Assembly: GCA_001179505.1 (NCBI GenBank)
Contig: CDMY01000212.1
Location: 62,001 to 126,000 of the forward strand
DNA: 64,000 bases
From: Vitrella brassicaformis CCMP3155
Taxonomy: Eukaryota > Protista > Chromerida
Reading direction: 5' to 3'
In this document: one piece after another, positions 11,201 to 25,286 of the stretch
Layout: every line of letters starts with the position of its first letter
Position numbering within the stretch: the stretch's first letter is position 1
Position numbers and translations under genes: made by a program
Notes under the pieces: generated by a model
Told to the model about the DNA's origin: nothing
The model's database searches: none
Seen by the model: the letters and a program-made list of their open reading frames with translations, nothing else

Positions 11201-14200
11201 ATGTCGAGTGTGATAGTGCTGGTTGACTTGACGCCATCTGCATGGCCCGAAGCAGCGCTCAAAGACCTGCTCATGAAGGACGGCACGCTGGCCAAAGGTC
11301 AGAATCAAGTGCATCAAGCGAAGCGACAAGCAGGCAGCTCAGGACGCACCACTTACACACGCACTCGTCCATGGTATTCTTGATCTGGTCGCTCGATTGG
11401 TCTGTCTGTCTGACTATGCGTGTGTGTGCTGTGCAGTGCTGAAGGAGCTTCAGACGGACCTGTGTGTGGCCAAGGGCAAGGGCGGCTTCGCAGACCCCGC
11501 ATACATGTGCCTCGTGCCCCTCCTCTCACCCGCCCTGCCGCCCACCTTCACCTGGTTCCCACTCACACCCCCCACACCATCCAAGCAGACCCCCGCCGCC
11601 AACGTCCACTCGCTCCTCGTCAGCCAGCTCACGGCCCTTCTCATCCACCATATCGTCCTCAAGAACGCTTGGAGCGACTCGGGCGCGATGGCGGCTGTGA
11701 TGCAGGTGGTTGAGGGTGCGTTCAAGTCGCTGCCGAGTCACTTAACACACCGGGCGAGGGTCAATGGGGCCAGGAGGGAGACGGAAGGAGAGCACCAGGT
11801 GGGGAGAGGGGAGAGGAGAGGGAGAGGGAGAGGGAGAGGGGGAGGGACCATTGGCGCACAGTGCCTGTCCGTGTGAGTGTGTGTGTGTGTGTGTGGTTGG
11901 GTTGTTGTGCAGGTGACTGTGTTTTGGCTGGTGGATGTGCCGCGTGCCGTTGATCGCTGGACGAAGGGCATGGAGGACGGAGGCAGCCAGGAGGGCAAAG
12001 TGTCACGTCTTAAGACAGAGATCGAGACGCTGGCCAGCGGGCAAAGTGAGAGAAGAAGGACTGCCTGCCTGCCGACTTCAAGAACATTCATTGGCTTGCT
12101 GTGTATGTGTGTGTGTTGTCTTTGTTTGTCAGATTTGCCTTTTGTGCCGAGTCACTTCCGTGTGGCTCTCGAGATACGGCTGCTTGAGCCTGAAGGAAAC
12201 CCCACATGGCAGGTGCGGTGGGTGGGATGGAAGGAGTCTCCGCACTCGTATTTGGTGACTGTGGTTGGTGTGTGTGTGTGCGTGTGTGTGTGTGTTGGCT
12301 TGACTTGACAGGGTGCATGTCTGGCGTGCCGGAGTCTGTTCCCCCTGCCCGTGTTCGTCAAGGACTCGCCCGAGGGCCGCACTGACATGCGACACGACCT
12401 GGTTCTCGCGGCCAAACGACTCGTGCACACACATTGTGAGCCAAGCACCGGTCTGCCTTTACATTACAGGCCAGTCCAGCCTCACACGCGTGTATGTTTC
12501 TCGTGTCTTGTTTGGTGTGTGCAGTTCCCATCGGAGTGCATCACCTGGATGTGTCGCTGCCCCCGCTGTCCAACAGCGCGTCACCGGCGGCCGCAGCGGT
12601 GGTGTGGGACAGAGTGAGGATGTCACTCAGCCTGAGACCCGACCCACTGCTCACACCCATCAGACACACACAAACAGGTGGGTGCACACACAATAGGGAC
12701 TCACTTGGTCGTGCACACGACGCGTGTGCGGAATCATGTCTGTACCTGTGTGTCTGTGTGTGTGTGGGTCTGTGTGATTGCATGCCATGCAGGCCGTATC
12801 TTGGAGCTGCCGTCGTGTATGCCCCCGGTGACCGGGAGAGCCATCAAAATCACTGGGTTGGTTGGTGAATGGCATGCCAGGCAGTGTCCGTGTCGTTCGT
12901 ATCATTCATTCGTTTGCTGTGGCTGGGCTGTGCCGGCGTCTCATTCATTCACTCAGGACTGTGCCGGCGTCTCACGTCATGGATCGGCGCGTGGTGGCCT
13001 GGCGGACAGACATGATGAACGAACAGTTCATCAGGTGAGGGAGTCAGTGAGTGAGTGACTCATCGACCGACCCATCCCGAAGGTGGATGTCTGTACCTGT
13101 ATCTGTCCCTCTGTGTGGGTGTCCTCCCTCCCTCCCTCCCTTCCTCCATGCATCCCTCTGTTCCTCCCTGCAGGCGGCTTCACAAGTCCCTCCAGGGGAA
13201 GGCTGCCTACCACAAAGTGCTCCTACTCGTAAGCCGGCCACACAATTCACTCGTGATTTCATGAGTACTCAAAGCTAACCACACCCATTCCGTTGATGGC
13301 GTCTTTGCCTGCCATGCATGTCTCCGCAGCTGTATGCGAGCCCGGAGCACAGGGTGGCCTACCCCGCTCTGTCGGCCATATCATCCCCGTCATCCTCATC
13401 GCCATCGTCATCATCAGCTGCTGGGCCCCAGGAGGATGTGTCAGGTGGTCAAGAGGGCCAGGGCCAGGACGACTCGTACTTCTCGCCGGGTCTGCCCTCC
13501 CCTTGGTTCGCCGTCCTCTCACACGACAAAGATGCCACGCCTGACGGTATGCTCCTCTCCTCTCCTATCCCTCCTCTCAACAATCACAAACTGAGACCAG
13601 CCTGCCAATGAATGAATGAATGGTCGTTCGTGTGTGTGTCTGTGTCTGTGGTGTGGTGTGATGAACAGAGTGGATACTGGACATTCTGTTCCCCTCTGCG
13701 GTCCCGGATGCCTTCCTCCCAACCCTCACCACCACCCAGACCACCCCGGCCGTCGAGCAGCCAGCCGTGCCCGTGCCCGTCCCCTCCCCCAGCGGCACCC
13801 TGCCCTCCGACTCACCCTCAGGCAACGAATCTACCGTCGGCAAGCAGCAGCAGCAACAGCACAAGACACAGCAGCAGCAGCAGCAGCAGCAGCCGGGCGG
13901 CGAGGGTGACGCGGCCAAGCAGACGCCAGCTGCTGCACCGGAAGTACCGGCAATGCCACAGCTGCAGCAGGCGAAGGCGGCCAAGAAGCCACCAGCAGCA
14001 GCCCCACCGCCCTCACAAGCACCAGCAGCAGCACCAGCAGCAGCACCAGCGGCAGCACCAGCAGCGCCAGCAGCGGCTGCCGCCAAGGCCAAGCAGGCCA
14101 AGGCCAAGCCCAAGCCCAAGCCCAAGGCGGCTGTGCCAGAGCAGCCAGACGTCAAAATGGCGGCCGCGGTGGAGGATGAAGATCAGCCGCTGGCGACACG

Positions 14201-14438
14201 CATGCCGCCGCGCAAGACCAACAGCGGTGTGCCAGCCGGCAAGAGCAAGGCGAGGGCCAAAGCCAAACAGACCAGTGAGGCCGGTAGTGCTGCTGCCGCT
14301 GCTGCAGCAGGCGGCAATGGTGCCGGTGGCGGTGGGGGTGGGGGTGGTGGTGTGAATCACAAGAGGTCAGCCACAGAGATCAATGTTGTGGGCGGACCGC
14401 CGGCCGCCAAGGCAAAGGCCAAGAAGACCAAGGAGTGA
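11201..14438 (+). CDS. Hypothetical multi-exon protein with Q/A/P/K low-complexity C-terminus
   Basis: MSSVIVLVDLTPSAWPEAALKDLLMKDGTLAK|gtcaga; further exons (VLKELQTDLCVAKGKGGFADP..., VTVFWLVDVPRAVDRW..., PSHFRVALEIRLLEPEGNPTWQ) have canonical splice sites; last exon 13767-14438 ends KKTKE*. No family recognised. Confidence 0.7.
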
Positions 14439-14627
14439 GTGAGGAATGGTGTAGCTGTAGCGGGGGCGGACATATAGACAGACATGCAATGAATTCAAGA
14501 GTGCTCCAGTGCGAGCCGATCACTGCCCCAAAGTCTCGAATCAAAAGCCACAAGCATCTCCCTCATATCATAGCAGCTGCCCCTCCGTCCCTTCTGCCTC
14601 CACGCCAATCGATGTCCCATCCCCAAG

Positions 14628-14954
14628 ATGCAGCGTGACCCGAGGGCATCGCAGGCGTCGACTGTGGCCGCTGAGGAGGATGAGCACGAGGACGTCGACG
14701 ACAAGATAGAGAAGAGCGGCTGCGGCAAGGAATACGAAAAGCTCGACGACTGCATGGTCGACAACGACCGGTAGGTGGGACACACACCGCATGACATGGC
14801 AAATGGATAGATAGATCTGACACATATGGATGTGTGGATGCGTGTGTGTGTGGTTTCATTCAGTGACTGGCGTAAGTGTCAGCGTGAGCTGGCTGTGTTC
14901 AAGCAGTGCTTCGACAAGAAACAGTTGGAGAAAGAGAAGACACAGCAGCCCCAA

Positions 14955-15002
<48 letters not shown>

Positions 15003-15017
15003 GCGGCACACAAGTGA
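14628..15017 (+). CDS. COA4: Twin CX9C (CHCH) mitochondrial intermembrane-space protein, COA4/CMC3-like, with poly-Q tail
   Basis: Two exons join to DDKIEKSGCGKEYEKLDDCMVDNDR|DWRKCQRELAVFKQCF (C-x9-C ... C-x9-C, with DWRKCQ typical of COA4/CHCHD8). Confidence 0.8.
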
Positions 15018-15029
15018 CGTGACCGCCAG

Positions 15030-18000
15030 ATGGACCATCCCTGCCCCTCTGCCAGCGTCCTCTCCCTCGTCCAGGGCCTCTCGTCCATCCACAGCCACCG
15101 AACAGACGAGCCATGCCTTTCCATCGGCCTCCCCTCCATCTGGGAGGCCCTGCTCACCCCGCCACACACCCACACGGACACCCAGGCCGGCACGCTCACG
15201 ACAGACGAGCTGCTGTGGTCGCACCGGCTGACTCTCGAGTGCATGGGCGACCATCGCACAGCCAGGAGGCTCGACGCAGCTATTGAGAAATGGGGGAGTC
15301 TGACAATGGGTGGTACCGGTGCTGGCGGTGTTTGTGTGGGTGAGCGGGATGCGATGATGCGGCTGCTGCTGCTGCTGGGGAGGGTGGTTGGTGGGGGGGA
15401 GGGCAGTGACGGTGGGGGTGACGGTGGCGTGGGTGGGTTGAGGCTGCTCAAGGACAAGTGGGGCGAGAGGGATGACGCGCTGGTCGACATGGACTTCTTC
15501 CCCGTAGCAGACACAACCACAAGTAAGGACAGACAGACATGAGGGATGATGGGTGTCGTCTGGTGTGGTGTGTACACACCACACATGTGTCGATGCCCTC
15601 CCTTGTCCTCTTTCATCCCTTGTGTGTTTCAGGTTTGGCAGATGCGCCCCGCCATGCGTCATCGTCATGGCTGTCGTCCACCCTCCCCCTGCTCAGCGGC
15701 GACACCATGGGCCTGGCCCTCTTTGCATCGCCACTCTCACTCTCAACCGCCCCATCCACACAGCCGCCCACCGACAGACACCCACTACCCCTGCCACCAC
15801 ACACACCACCACCAGCGCCAAAACAGCCGTCCATCGAGCTGCCATGGACGCCGCGCGCGCCGCCCCTCTCGTTCGACCTCCCGCCAGCAGCCCAGACAAC
15901 CGATGGCGACAGCAGCAGAAGTTGCATCACTGCCCGGCTGCCGTGGGAGACCATTTTCCCGGCACTCGTGGTCAGCGAGCCGGTGGCACCGGCGGCGGCG
16001 GCAGCTGCACACACAGCTGAGGCCGCTGCTCATGGAAACGGGCACGGGCGTGTGAGCGTGTTTGGCGAGGAGAATGTGGTGGTGCCCCCGTTGCCTGGCC
16101 GCACACGGACAGTGCCGAAGGCACTGATGGTGAGCGCTGCCCTGGAGGGTGCGGCGGGGGGAGCCATGAGGCGCTGCTGGACGGGGGGAGAGACCACCGA
16201 CAAGGACAAGGACAAGGGCAACGACACCCCCACTGCGTCGGTGGACAGTCTGGTGCGGAGCTTCTTTTGGCCGGCCGAGGCGCACACCAACCGGCCCTTC
16301 CAGCTGCTCATCCGACACATGCTCATGGCCATGAGGGGCGTCGAATCGTCATCCTTCCCCAAGGCCACGGACACAGTGGCAGCAGGGGGCCTTGCGGCCG
16401 TGGATGTGGGAGTGTCGTGTGTGGCCATGGGTGTCGGTGTGTGTCCGTGGCTGCCGGCCGATCGGCTGCGGCTTGAGGGGCCTGAGGCGGGTGGAGAGCT
16501 GGAGAGGGAGATGGCCTTTGTAGAAGGGCAGGGCAAGGCCATAGGCGCCGTCATGCGTTCGGTGGCCGAGTAACCTAAGCACCGACGGACACATCGCACT
16601 CGGGGAGAACAACCACCCATGGCCACTCTACTCGTGTGTCTGTGTCAGGTTTGGAACGATGTTCCGGCGGCTTCGTTCTTTTGGGCACAGGCTGTCCAGC
16701 CCACCGGATGTGTCACCCGATGCACCGCAATGGGGGCGCACTCTACAGGTACACACGCACGCACACATACACACACATATGCGGTGCGGTGCCATCGACA
16801 CAATCCATTCATTCATGAATCAGGCGTTTGCCATGGGCGTGTGTGGCGAGCTGCGAGCGCTCGACGCCTATGTTGTCAATCAGCTGGCACCACAGGAAGA
16901 CCACCTCTCGCCACTCTCGCTCACAGGTACTCACAGGACAGAGAACCATGATACGCCACACCACGATTGATTCCTTCTTTCCTCCCTCAGCCCACGTGTG
17001 TGAGTGGGAAGATCGTCTCCGCTTCCTCACCTTCATCTGCCGCCTTGACGAGCCCACCCTTGCGCAATCGGAGGAGCAGGGCCGCTGGCAGTTCCCCCGA
17101 GGCGCGTGCCTGCTGTCGTATCTCTTCGACGTGGCGCGGCAGACGCCCCCGGACACACCATCTGGTGACAGCGGCCGTGTTGATGGTGGTAGTGTTGCCA
17201 TCAAGCTGTTTGAGGCATGTGTGCATCCACTGGTAGCCTTCGTGTCAAAATGGATCTTCCAGGTGAGATGGGACCGGCGCGGCACGACCTGCACATACGA
17301 TGACTGCAAATATAATGCACTATTCTCTGTTTCATGTGTCAGGCGCAGCTGGATGATCCGTGTGGCGAGTTCTGCCCCGCCCCCTCCCCCCTCCTCGACG
17401 CCTCCCACTCCCATCTCCCCTGGCAGATGGCCCCCCTGGCCCTGCCGTCCTTCATGCAGGCCGCCGGGGAGGCCATCACCACCGCCGGATGGCTCCTCCG
17501 GCACATCGCAGCAACACGACCTCGCCACACCAGCATCCCGCCACAGAAGGCGGCACCGAGAAACAACAAGAGGATAAGAGCCGAGGGAGGGGCGAGGGGG
17601 AAGGTGAGCGACAGAGAGGTCGGGAGAGAGCAGAATTTGGCGATAGAACCAACAGTCGCGGCCCCGTCAGCGTCAGCATCAGCAGCGGTGTATGAGGTGA
17701 CCTATGACCTGGTGCCCCTGGTGGTGCCACGTGTCGACCCACTCACATCGACGATCCGGCACCCGGATCATCTGCCGCTGCCTGCACTGGCGCCCTCCCC
17801 CTGCCCCCATCCCCACAGCACCAGCACGTGGGCGGCCGGCCCCCTGCAGCTGATGGACTGCCAGGCAGCCCGGCAGTTCTTCACACACGCAGCCACCTTA
17901 GGAGACCATGTCGACCAGCAGCAGCAGCACAGCTCGGCAGCGGCGGTGCATCTGGAAGACCTGCAGCCCATGCTCACAATGGAGCTGGAGGATGCTGAGA

Positions 18001-20735
18001 GCGAGGAAGAGATTGAGATTGACAGCGACGAGGAAGCCGCCATCCAAGATGCCTTCCTCCGACACATCGACAATGCCCAACCACCTCCACACAACGATGG
18101 CGTCAGTGGCCAAGCTGAGACAGCCCTCCTGAGCAGGCTGCAGGAGGGTGTGTTCGACAGCAGCAACCCATTTGATGGCGTGGAGGCGGCGGCCAAGCAG
18201 CGTGTGCAGCGTCAGCTGCTCGATACGCAGCTGGAAGAACAGAGGAGGGCCAGGGAGGAAGGTGCCGGTGCTGGGGATGGTGCTGAAGGTGGTGGAGGTC
18301 TGTTTGGCGTGAGTGAGAGCGATGTGGAGGACGCGAGGCGTCACCTGCTGGACCACCAGGCGGTCAGTGAGTGGGCGGGGAGAACAGACAGACAGACAGA
18401 CAGGGGTGCGGGAGAGGGAGTCAATCGTCATGTTGCCTCTTCCTTCGTATGTGTGTGTCAGGGTGAGATGGGTCGCCTGGACGCGGCCAATCGTCTGCTC
18501 GAGTGGCGGCTCAAGAGACTTCGACTCGCCAACAAACGGTACACACATGGCATGGCACCAACATGCGCACACACACATGGATCGGATCCCCACCGTCTCC
18601 CTTCCCTGTGCTGTGTGGTGTGTCTCTGTCGGCAGGCATGAACACCTCCGCTCGCAGGGCCTCGTCAAACACTCAGCAGCGCTCCCCGCTCTCGCCCCTC
18701 CATCCACCACGCAGCAACCGCAATCCACACAAACTGCTGGCGAGCCCACTGGTGTGTTGTCGCGCGGCGTGCATCGATCTGACGGCGTGTCGGCCTGCAT
18801 CGAAGGCACACGGAGTATTGGCACTCATGGTGCTGCGGAGAGGGAGAGTGGGCGTGTGGATGGGGTGTCTGTCTTCCGTGTGTGGGAGGAGGAGCCTGAC
18901 GAACCGGCAGAGACCAACCAGCAGCAGCAGCAGCAGCAGCAATGTGGCGGAGAGCAAGCTGACGACGTGGCCGTGGAGGACCACCAGCACGTTCATGGTG
19001 ACGACAGTCAGGGTGACATTGCTGGTGCTGAACCTCCCTCTCCCTCCAAGGCCCACGTCCCTCCCCCTGCTGCTGCCCAGCAACAGCCGACATCCCCACG
19101 AGCCGTCCAGACATCCCCTGGCGTACCACAAGAGCCGATCGCACCACCCGCAGCCGCAGCCACAGTGGCGCAGCAGCACACACACCAACACACGGACATC
19201 GAGAAGACCCACCATGCAACAGCAACAGTGACACAGCCGGACCACCAGCATAGCGCGGCCAAGGCGCTCTGCTGGCGGGGGGTGTCTGCTGATGGTGGGA
19301 GGGTGCCTGTGTTTGAGTTGGGTGCGATTGTGGAGAGGGACCTGCTGGAGCCGATATATGCCCAAGCCGCTCTTGCTGACGCTGCAGCCGTGCAGACCCT
19401 GGTGGACAGATGGCAGCTGGGGAGATACCTCGAATACATCCAACAGGTAAGTAGAGTCAGTGCATGTGGTCGGCACACACACACACAGACACACAGCCAC
19501 ACAGCCACACACACCTTTCTGTGCTGTCTGTCATCCGTCCATTTATCCATTCATCAGCACTTGCTGTTTGGTGCTGCCTCCGAGATGTCCGCCTTCGCCA
19601 CAGCCCTCTTCGCCACCTGCCGCCACTCCACCACCAGCAGCACCGGCAACAAGACCCTGCTCGAGTCACGCGTCAACCAGATGTTCGCCGCACACGCCAA
19701 GACACCTCCACAGCAGCACAGTGAGACGGAGACGGTGGTGTACTTCGACGTGGTGAAGGTGCCGCCGTCTGTGCCGTGTGTGCCGGCATGGACGGTGCTC
19801 GAGTGCATTAGGGTGCGGCTGATGGCGCCCTTCCCTCTCTCGCTGGTCATTGATAAGGTGAGTGGGGCGACCACACTCACACGGGACATCGCATATATGC
19901 ATACCGCGTGTATGCGATGCGTGTGTATTGGTCTGTCTGTCGCCAGGAGAGTGAGGAGTACTACAACATGATCTTTGGGCTGCTCGCACTGCTCAAGAGC
20001 GCCGAAAACGACCTTCGCGATGTGGGGCACATGTGCAGCCATATCGCCATGCACACCAAATCGAGCGCATTCGTCTGCCCTGTGTGTGTGTGTGTGTGTG
20101 TTCAGGTAGGTTATTGGTTCCGCGAGCAGCACGTGTCGTTGGTCCGGTCGGACGCGGTCCTCTACCGCCGTGTGGTGGTGGTGCGGCACGCCATGCACCA
20201 GTGGCTGTGGGGCATGTCGCACTACCTCATGCACGAGGCCATCCACACCCCGTGGAGGCGCATGACGGCCGCCATCCACACACGCAGATGCACCTCCTTC
20301 AAGCAGCTGCACGCACTGCACAGACACACCCTGCAGGAGATCGCAGCACGGTAGGTACTTACGGCCGCGCGGCCACACACAGGCGCCATCTGTCTGTCTG
20401 TCTGTTGTGTTGCGTGGGTGTCTGTCAGGTGTTTCCTCGCCGACCACCCCGATTTCCCCTCCCCCTCCCTCTCAGCCCTGCGAGCACATACCGAGGGCGC
20501 CCTGCACCAGATCCACGAGCTGCGGCAGCTGCTGCTGACGGCCTCTCACACCCACACGTACAGCCACCAGTGGCGGGCAGTGGTGGGGTCGCGCCTGCAG
20601 CGCGTGTGCGAGGCGTTTGGTGCGTCGGTGGGTGCGACGGTCCGAGTGGCGGGGGGCGTTCTGTGTGGGGGGGAGGGGGCGGGTGTGCTGGTGGAGATGC
20701 TCAACTGGAATGAGCACTACAGCTCAGCTAGCTGA
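15030..20735 (+). CDS. TUBGCP6: Gamma-tubulin complex component (Spc97/Spc98 family), GCP6-like
   Basis: GRIP1-like LFEACVHPLVAFVSKWIFQ and LPSFMQAAGEAITTAGWLLRHI; long acidic/Q-rich insert; GRIP2-like RWQLGRYLEYIQQHLLFG, APFPLSLVID, YNMIFGLLALLK, LHALHRHTLQEIAARCFL. Subtype assigned from the large inter-GRIP insert. Confidence 0.8.
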
Positions 20736-23700
20736 TGGCGTGATGGGCCGTGTGTGTGACTAATGTGTGTGCGTGTGAGACTCTCTCTCATTTGCTCAGT
20801 GAATGGCAATGTCAATGTCAATGTCACTTCCTGCCAAATTTCCCTGGGCCACCTTTAACCAGCACGCACGCACGCTCTCGGTCTCAGTTCGGTGTCGGTC
20901 TGTATATCGTCCATGCACTCGTTCGTTGCTCTAGTCTATCTCTTTAGCTCGTTGGTTGCTTGCTCGACTGAAATCGTCCTAGCTATTACACGCTATTGAT
21001 CAGCTCTGCTCGCTCCATACGCTCTCTCTTGTGATATATCTTTCCTCCCTGCGTGCTCAGTTCATAGTTCTCTCTTCGGCCCGCCCCCTCTCTCTTCAAT
21101 CAATCAAGCACACCATGTCAAGCCATATCGACCGACGACGGACAGACAACCATACGCGAAAGGCTCTCTCTACGCGATATCTAGATAGAGACGAGATGCA
21201 AGGAGATGTAAAGTAGTGTAGAGTAAGTGGTGGCGGCCGGCCGGCCGGGTGAGCGAGCATACGAATACGTATGTTATAGGTGTGACGGGTGGGGGTGGCG
21301 GTGGTAGGTAACGTAGGTATACAGATACAGAGAGAGAGAGATGATAATGATGTGGTGGTGAATATGGATAATACAGCGGCCGCGCCAAAACCGATGAGTG
21401 GGAAAAAGATACCCATCCCATACCCCAACCACGGGCCATGTATACCGGGAAGAGACAGAGATAGTCAGTTCTTAGTAGGTAGATGGCGAGCAAACGAGGT
21501 GGGGAAAAGAAGCGGGCTAGACGGGCATTCAACTGCTGGGAAAAAAACAAACACCACCACCAGCATGGCACGATACATCCATCATCGCACACACACCCTT
21601 AAAAGGCCCGTGCCGGCCGGTCTGCTCTACGCTCTCTGTGTTGTGTCTGTGGGTGTCACGGGTCCTCAAGAGAGGCCGTGTGATCAGACACATAGCGAGA
21701 GAGACATGGTCGACAACCAGTGGGTCAGTCAATCCACACACCACACCCACGCCACGCACACACGCCATCTGTGGTGTGCTGTGCTGTGTCCACGTGTGCG
21801 TATGCGCTGGCTGCGGCATGCAGAGACGGACAGCCCAAAGGTTTGGCACGAGAAACACACGAGAATCAAGGCATATCATCACGAACATCATCAATATCAC
21901 ACAGCAAGCGGCCAGGCGACAGAGAGAGAGAGAGGTAGAGGATAGAGAGAGCGAGATGTGGTGTGGACACCGCACTCAACTCACGGTAGATAGATAGAGA
22001 CGTACATCGTGTGTACGTGGAGTACACGTACTTACATATATATGAGATACATACATATATGGATTCAGTGCAATGCAATGCACCGCACCGCACATGGCAT
22101 GGATTATGCTATATATCTGTTTACACACAACGGCACCGCACTGCACGCAGACTGTGTGTGTGTATTGAGTGTCTGGATAGATGGATGTGGACCCCCACTC
22201 ACTCCCCCCCCTTCGGTGTGGCTGGCTCGCTCCCCTGCCTTGCGCGTCTATTTCTCGAGACCGTCCGGTTGGTGCCAGTGTCTGCGCACTACACTGGCAC
22301 CAACCAGACATTCATCAAGAGCAAGACACCTGTGGCAAGAGTGCGGCCACACACACGAGCAGACTAGTTAGTAGTTATAGAACCGGCAGACCGACCGACA
22401 TTAATCTCTCTGACACACCATGTGGTGTGTGTGTCTGTGTAACAGATACATGGTGAAAAACCGGCCACACCCCGTCGAGCTACCCATCCATCCATCCGCA
22501 TGACATGCCATGCCATAGCATTCGATGTACACGTAATGGACGAGTCAGTAGGAAGTAGGTAGTAGGTAGTAGGAAGTACGTGGTCTGATGGGTGGTGGGT
22601 GGATGGTGGTGGGAGGGATGGGTGGCTGATGGTTACTAAAGCCGTACACGTGTTTATCTATGGTGGTGGTGTGGTGGTGTGGTGTGGTCGTGGTGTGGTG
22701 GTGTGGTGTGGTGGTGGTGTGATGTGTGGTGGTTATGCCCCTCCCGGCCCCGCCCTATTCACCATTCATCGACAACACAAAAAAGCCGGCCGAGCTATCA
22801 CATCCATCTATCCGTCCATCCATTCACAATCTTAGCATCCAGAGCCAGCGGTCACACGATCGATCATCGTCATCCATTCATCCACCCACCCATGCCATGG
22901 CATGCCATCCAAGCGTGTACAAGCGTCATGGCACCCATCCAGCCATCCGTCCACTCGACACGCACCACGGCACGGCACGACACACTGCGAAAAATCAAAA
23001 TCGGTCATCATCATCAACCACAAAATGATACGCACTCCATCCAACCCACACACCACACGCCGATGCACACCACCATTCGCTGCCCCTCACAGACATCCGA
23101 CACCATCCATCTATCCAGCCATCCATCCATCCATCGAGCCATTGCCAGTCCATAGGTTACGCTTACATAAGATGACGGCTACGTATAGCATACGTGTGAG
23201 TGTGTGTACCAATGGTGTCTGTGGTGGTGGTGGTCTCTCTGCCCGCCTGCCTGCCCCAATCGGTAGAGTTAGAGAGGCGCCCGCAGAAGCATATTGCAGG
23301 GCATCGTGCATCCGCAGAAAAACGCCCGACGCTCGACGACCAAGCGACTGGCAGACGAAAGACCGGCGTAGTAGACTGACGAGATACTAATGGCGAGAGA
23401 AAACAGGCAGGCCTTACGCATGACAGACACAGCCGCCCCAGCCATTCATTCTTATCATCCAGCCCGAAACCATGTACACCAGACCACACGAGGGGACTTG
23501 ACCACATGCCAGGCAGGCCACACCACACCACACCACACGGAGCGAGTCAGGCAAAGTGAGTGGCCAGGGAGGGAGGGAGGGAGGGAGAGGCGCAAAACAG
23601 GCCTTGGCGGGAGCAACAGGCAGGCATGACAGGTCAGGCCATGCATCCCTCCATCGAACCAGCCAGACAACAAGCGCCACGCGCCACGCGCCAACAGACA

Positions 23701-24122
23701 GGCAGGGTCACCACACGACACGACACGACAGACCACCTCACGCCACGTCACTGCATCGCGCCAGTCAGACGACTCATGGACAAGGCACGCCATCCATCCC
23801 ACCCATATGTCTGTCTACCTATCTATATGTGTGTGTGTGTGTCCCCACCCTGTGAGATGGATACGCGCAAAGCAGGCCGCTCTTCCTCTCTCCCCACCCC
23901 CCACCATCCCAACCAGCAAGTCAGTCACGAGTGGTGGGCAAGCGAACAGCCAGTCAGTCTCATCCATGGCCATCCATTCCACTGTAGCTAGCGTGTCGGT
24001 CAGCCACTCACCGACCCAAGTAAATGAGTGGCTGGGGTGGGGTATGGGTGTGGACGTGGGGGTGGAGGTGTGGGTGTGGGTGTGTGGGCCTGGTAGGTGT
24101 GTGTGTGTTGTAGGTAGGCTGA

Positions 24123-25286
24123 TTACTCAGCCTTCTTGGTGTCGGTGGCGGGGGCGGCGGCCTTGGTGCCACGGAGCTTGTTGCCGAGGTTGCTCACGCC
24201 GCCCGTGAAGCCGCCCCACATGCCCTTGACGGGAGCGAAGAGCTCGCCCCACTGAAGGCAACATACCACAACACANNNNNNNNNNNNNNNNNNNNNNNNN
24301 NNNNNNNNNNNNNNNNNNNNNNNNNNNNNNNNNNNNNNNNNNNNNNNNNNNNNNNNNNNNNNNNNNNNNNNNNNNNNNNNNNNNNNNNNNNNNNNNNNNN
24401 NNNNNNNNNNNNNNNNNNNNNNNNNNNNNNNNNNNNNNNNNNNNNNNNNNNNNNNNNNNNNNNNNNNNNNNNNNNNNNNNNNNNNNNNNNNNNNNNNNNN
24501 NNNNNNNNNNNNNNNNNNNNNNNNNNNNNNNNNNNNNNNNNNNNNNNNNNNNNNNNNNNNNNNNNNNNNNNNNNNCACACACACGTGCATATCTGGGCCC
24601 TCCCCACCACCCATGTGTGTGTCCCGTCCGTACCAGCGTCGGGATGGAGGCGAGGAAGACGAACGGCAGGATGAAGAAGAATGGGCACAGGCACAGCAGC
24701 AGAGGCGGCACCAGGAACAGCAGGGGAATGGCGCACATCACCGAGATCGGGGCCGCGCACAGCAGGCACGGGTAGATGATCAGCGGGTGGATGAGGCCGC
24801 CCTCCTGACACACATAACCACACACAGACCACCGCAAACACCCCGCACGACCGTCAGGTGACGGAGACATGACTTCACAGCCCTCTGTGGTGCACGTGCG
24901 GGCGTGGTTTGTTCACCAGCTGGTTGATCCACCAGGGCAGCGATGCCAGGGCGAAACATGGCGTCAGGGCCACCAACGGTAGGAGTGCCAGCAGCACCGC
25001 CAGCACGCACCCGCCGACCGGGATGCTGAGCAGGGCGATGCACGGGATCGATGCCAACGCCATCGGCCACGTGATCGAGGCCTTCAACGCACTGCACCAC
25101 AACACGCACAAAGGAGCCAAAAAGCACCCCTCCAGACCATGCACCATGCTCCCAGCGTCTGTGGGGTCTTCCCGAGTGTCCCCCGCCTCTTTCCGCCCTC
25201 CCCCCTTACTATTTGCGCTCCCCCCCCTCGGGGGCGCCAGACTTGCCCGTGGTGGACGTGCCGAGAGCACCCACGGAGCCCATCAT
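24123..25286 (-). CDS. Small, very hydrophobic multi-pass membrane protein (paralog A), 4 exons
   Basis: MMGSVGALGTSTTGKSGAPEGGERK|YALKASITWPMALASIPCIALLSIPVGGCVLAVLLALLPLVALTPCFALASLPWWINQL|EGGLIHPLIIYPCLLCAAPISVMCAIPLLFLVPP...ASIPTL|WGELFAPVKGMWGG...TKKAE*; all junctions GT-AG and in frame; one intron spans an N gap. Confidence 0.8.
24276..24575. other. Assembly gap (300 N)
   Basis: N run visible in the sequence. Confidence 1.

Noticed and set aside
21289-21945. 218-aa plus-strand ORF
   Set aside because: Repeat-derived composition, no convincing splice sites or motifs; likely UTR/intergenic DNA.
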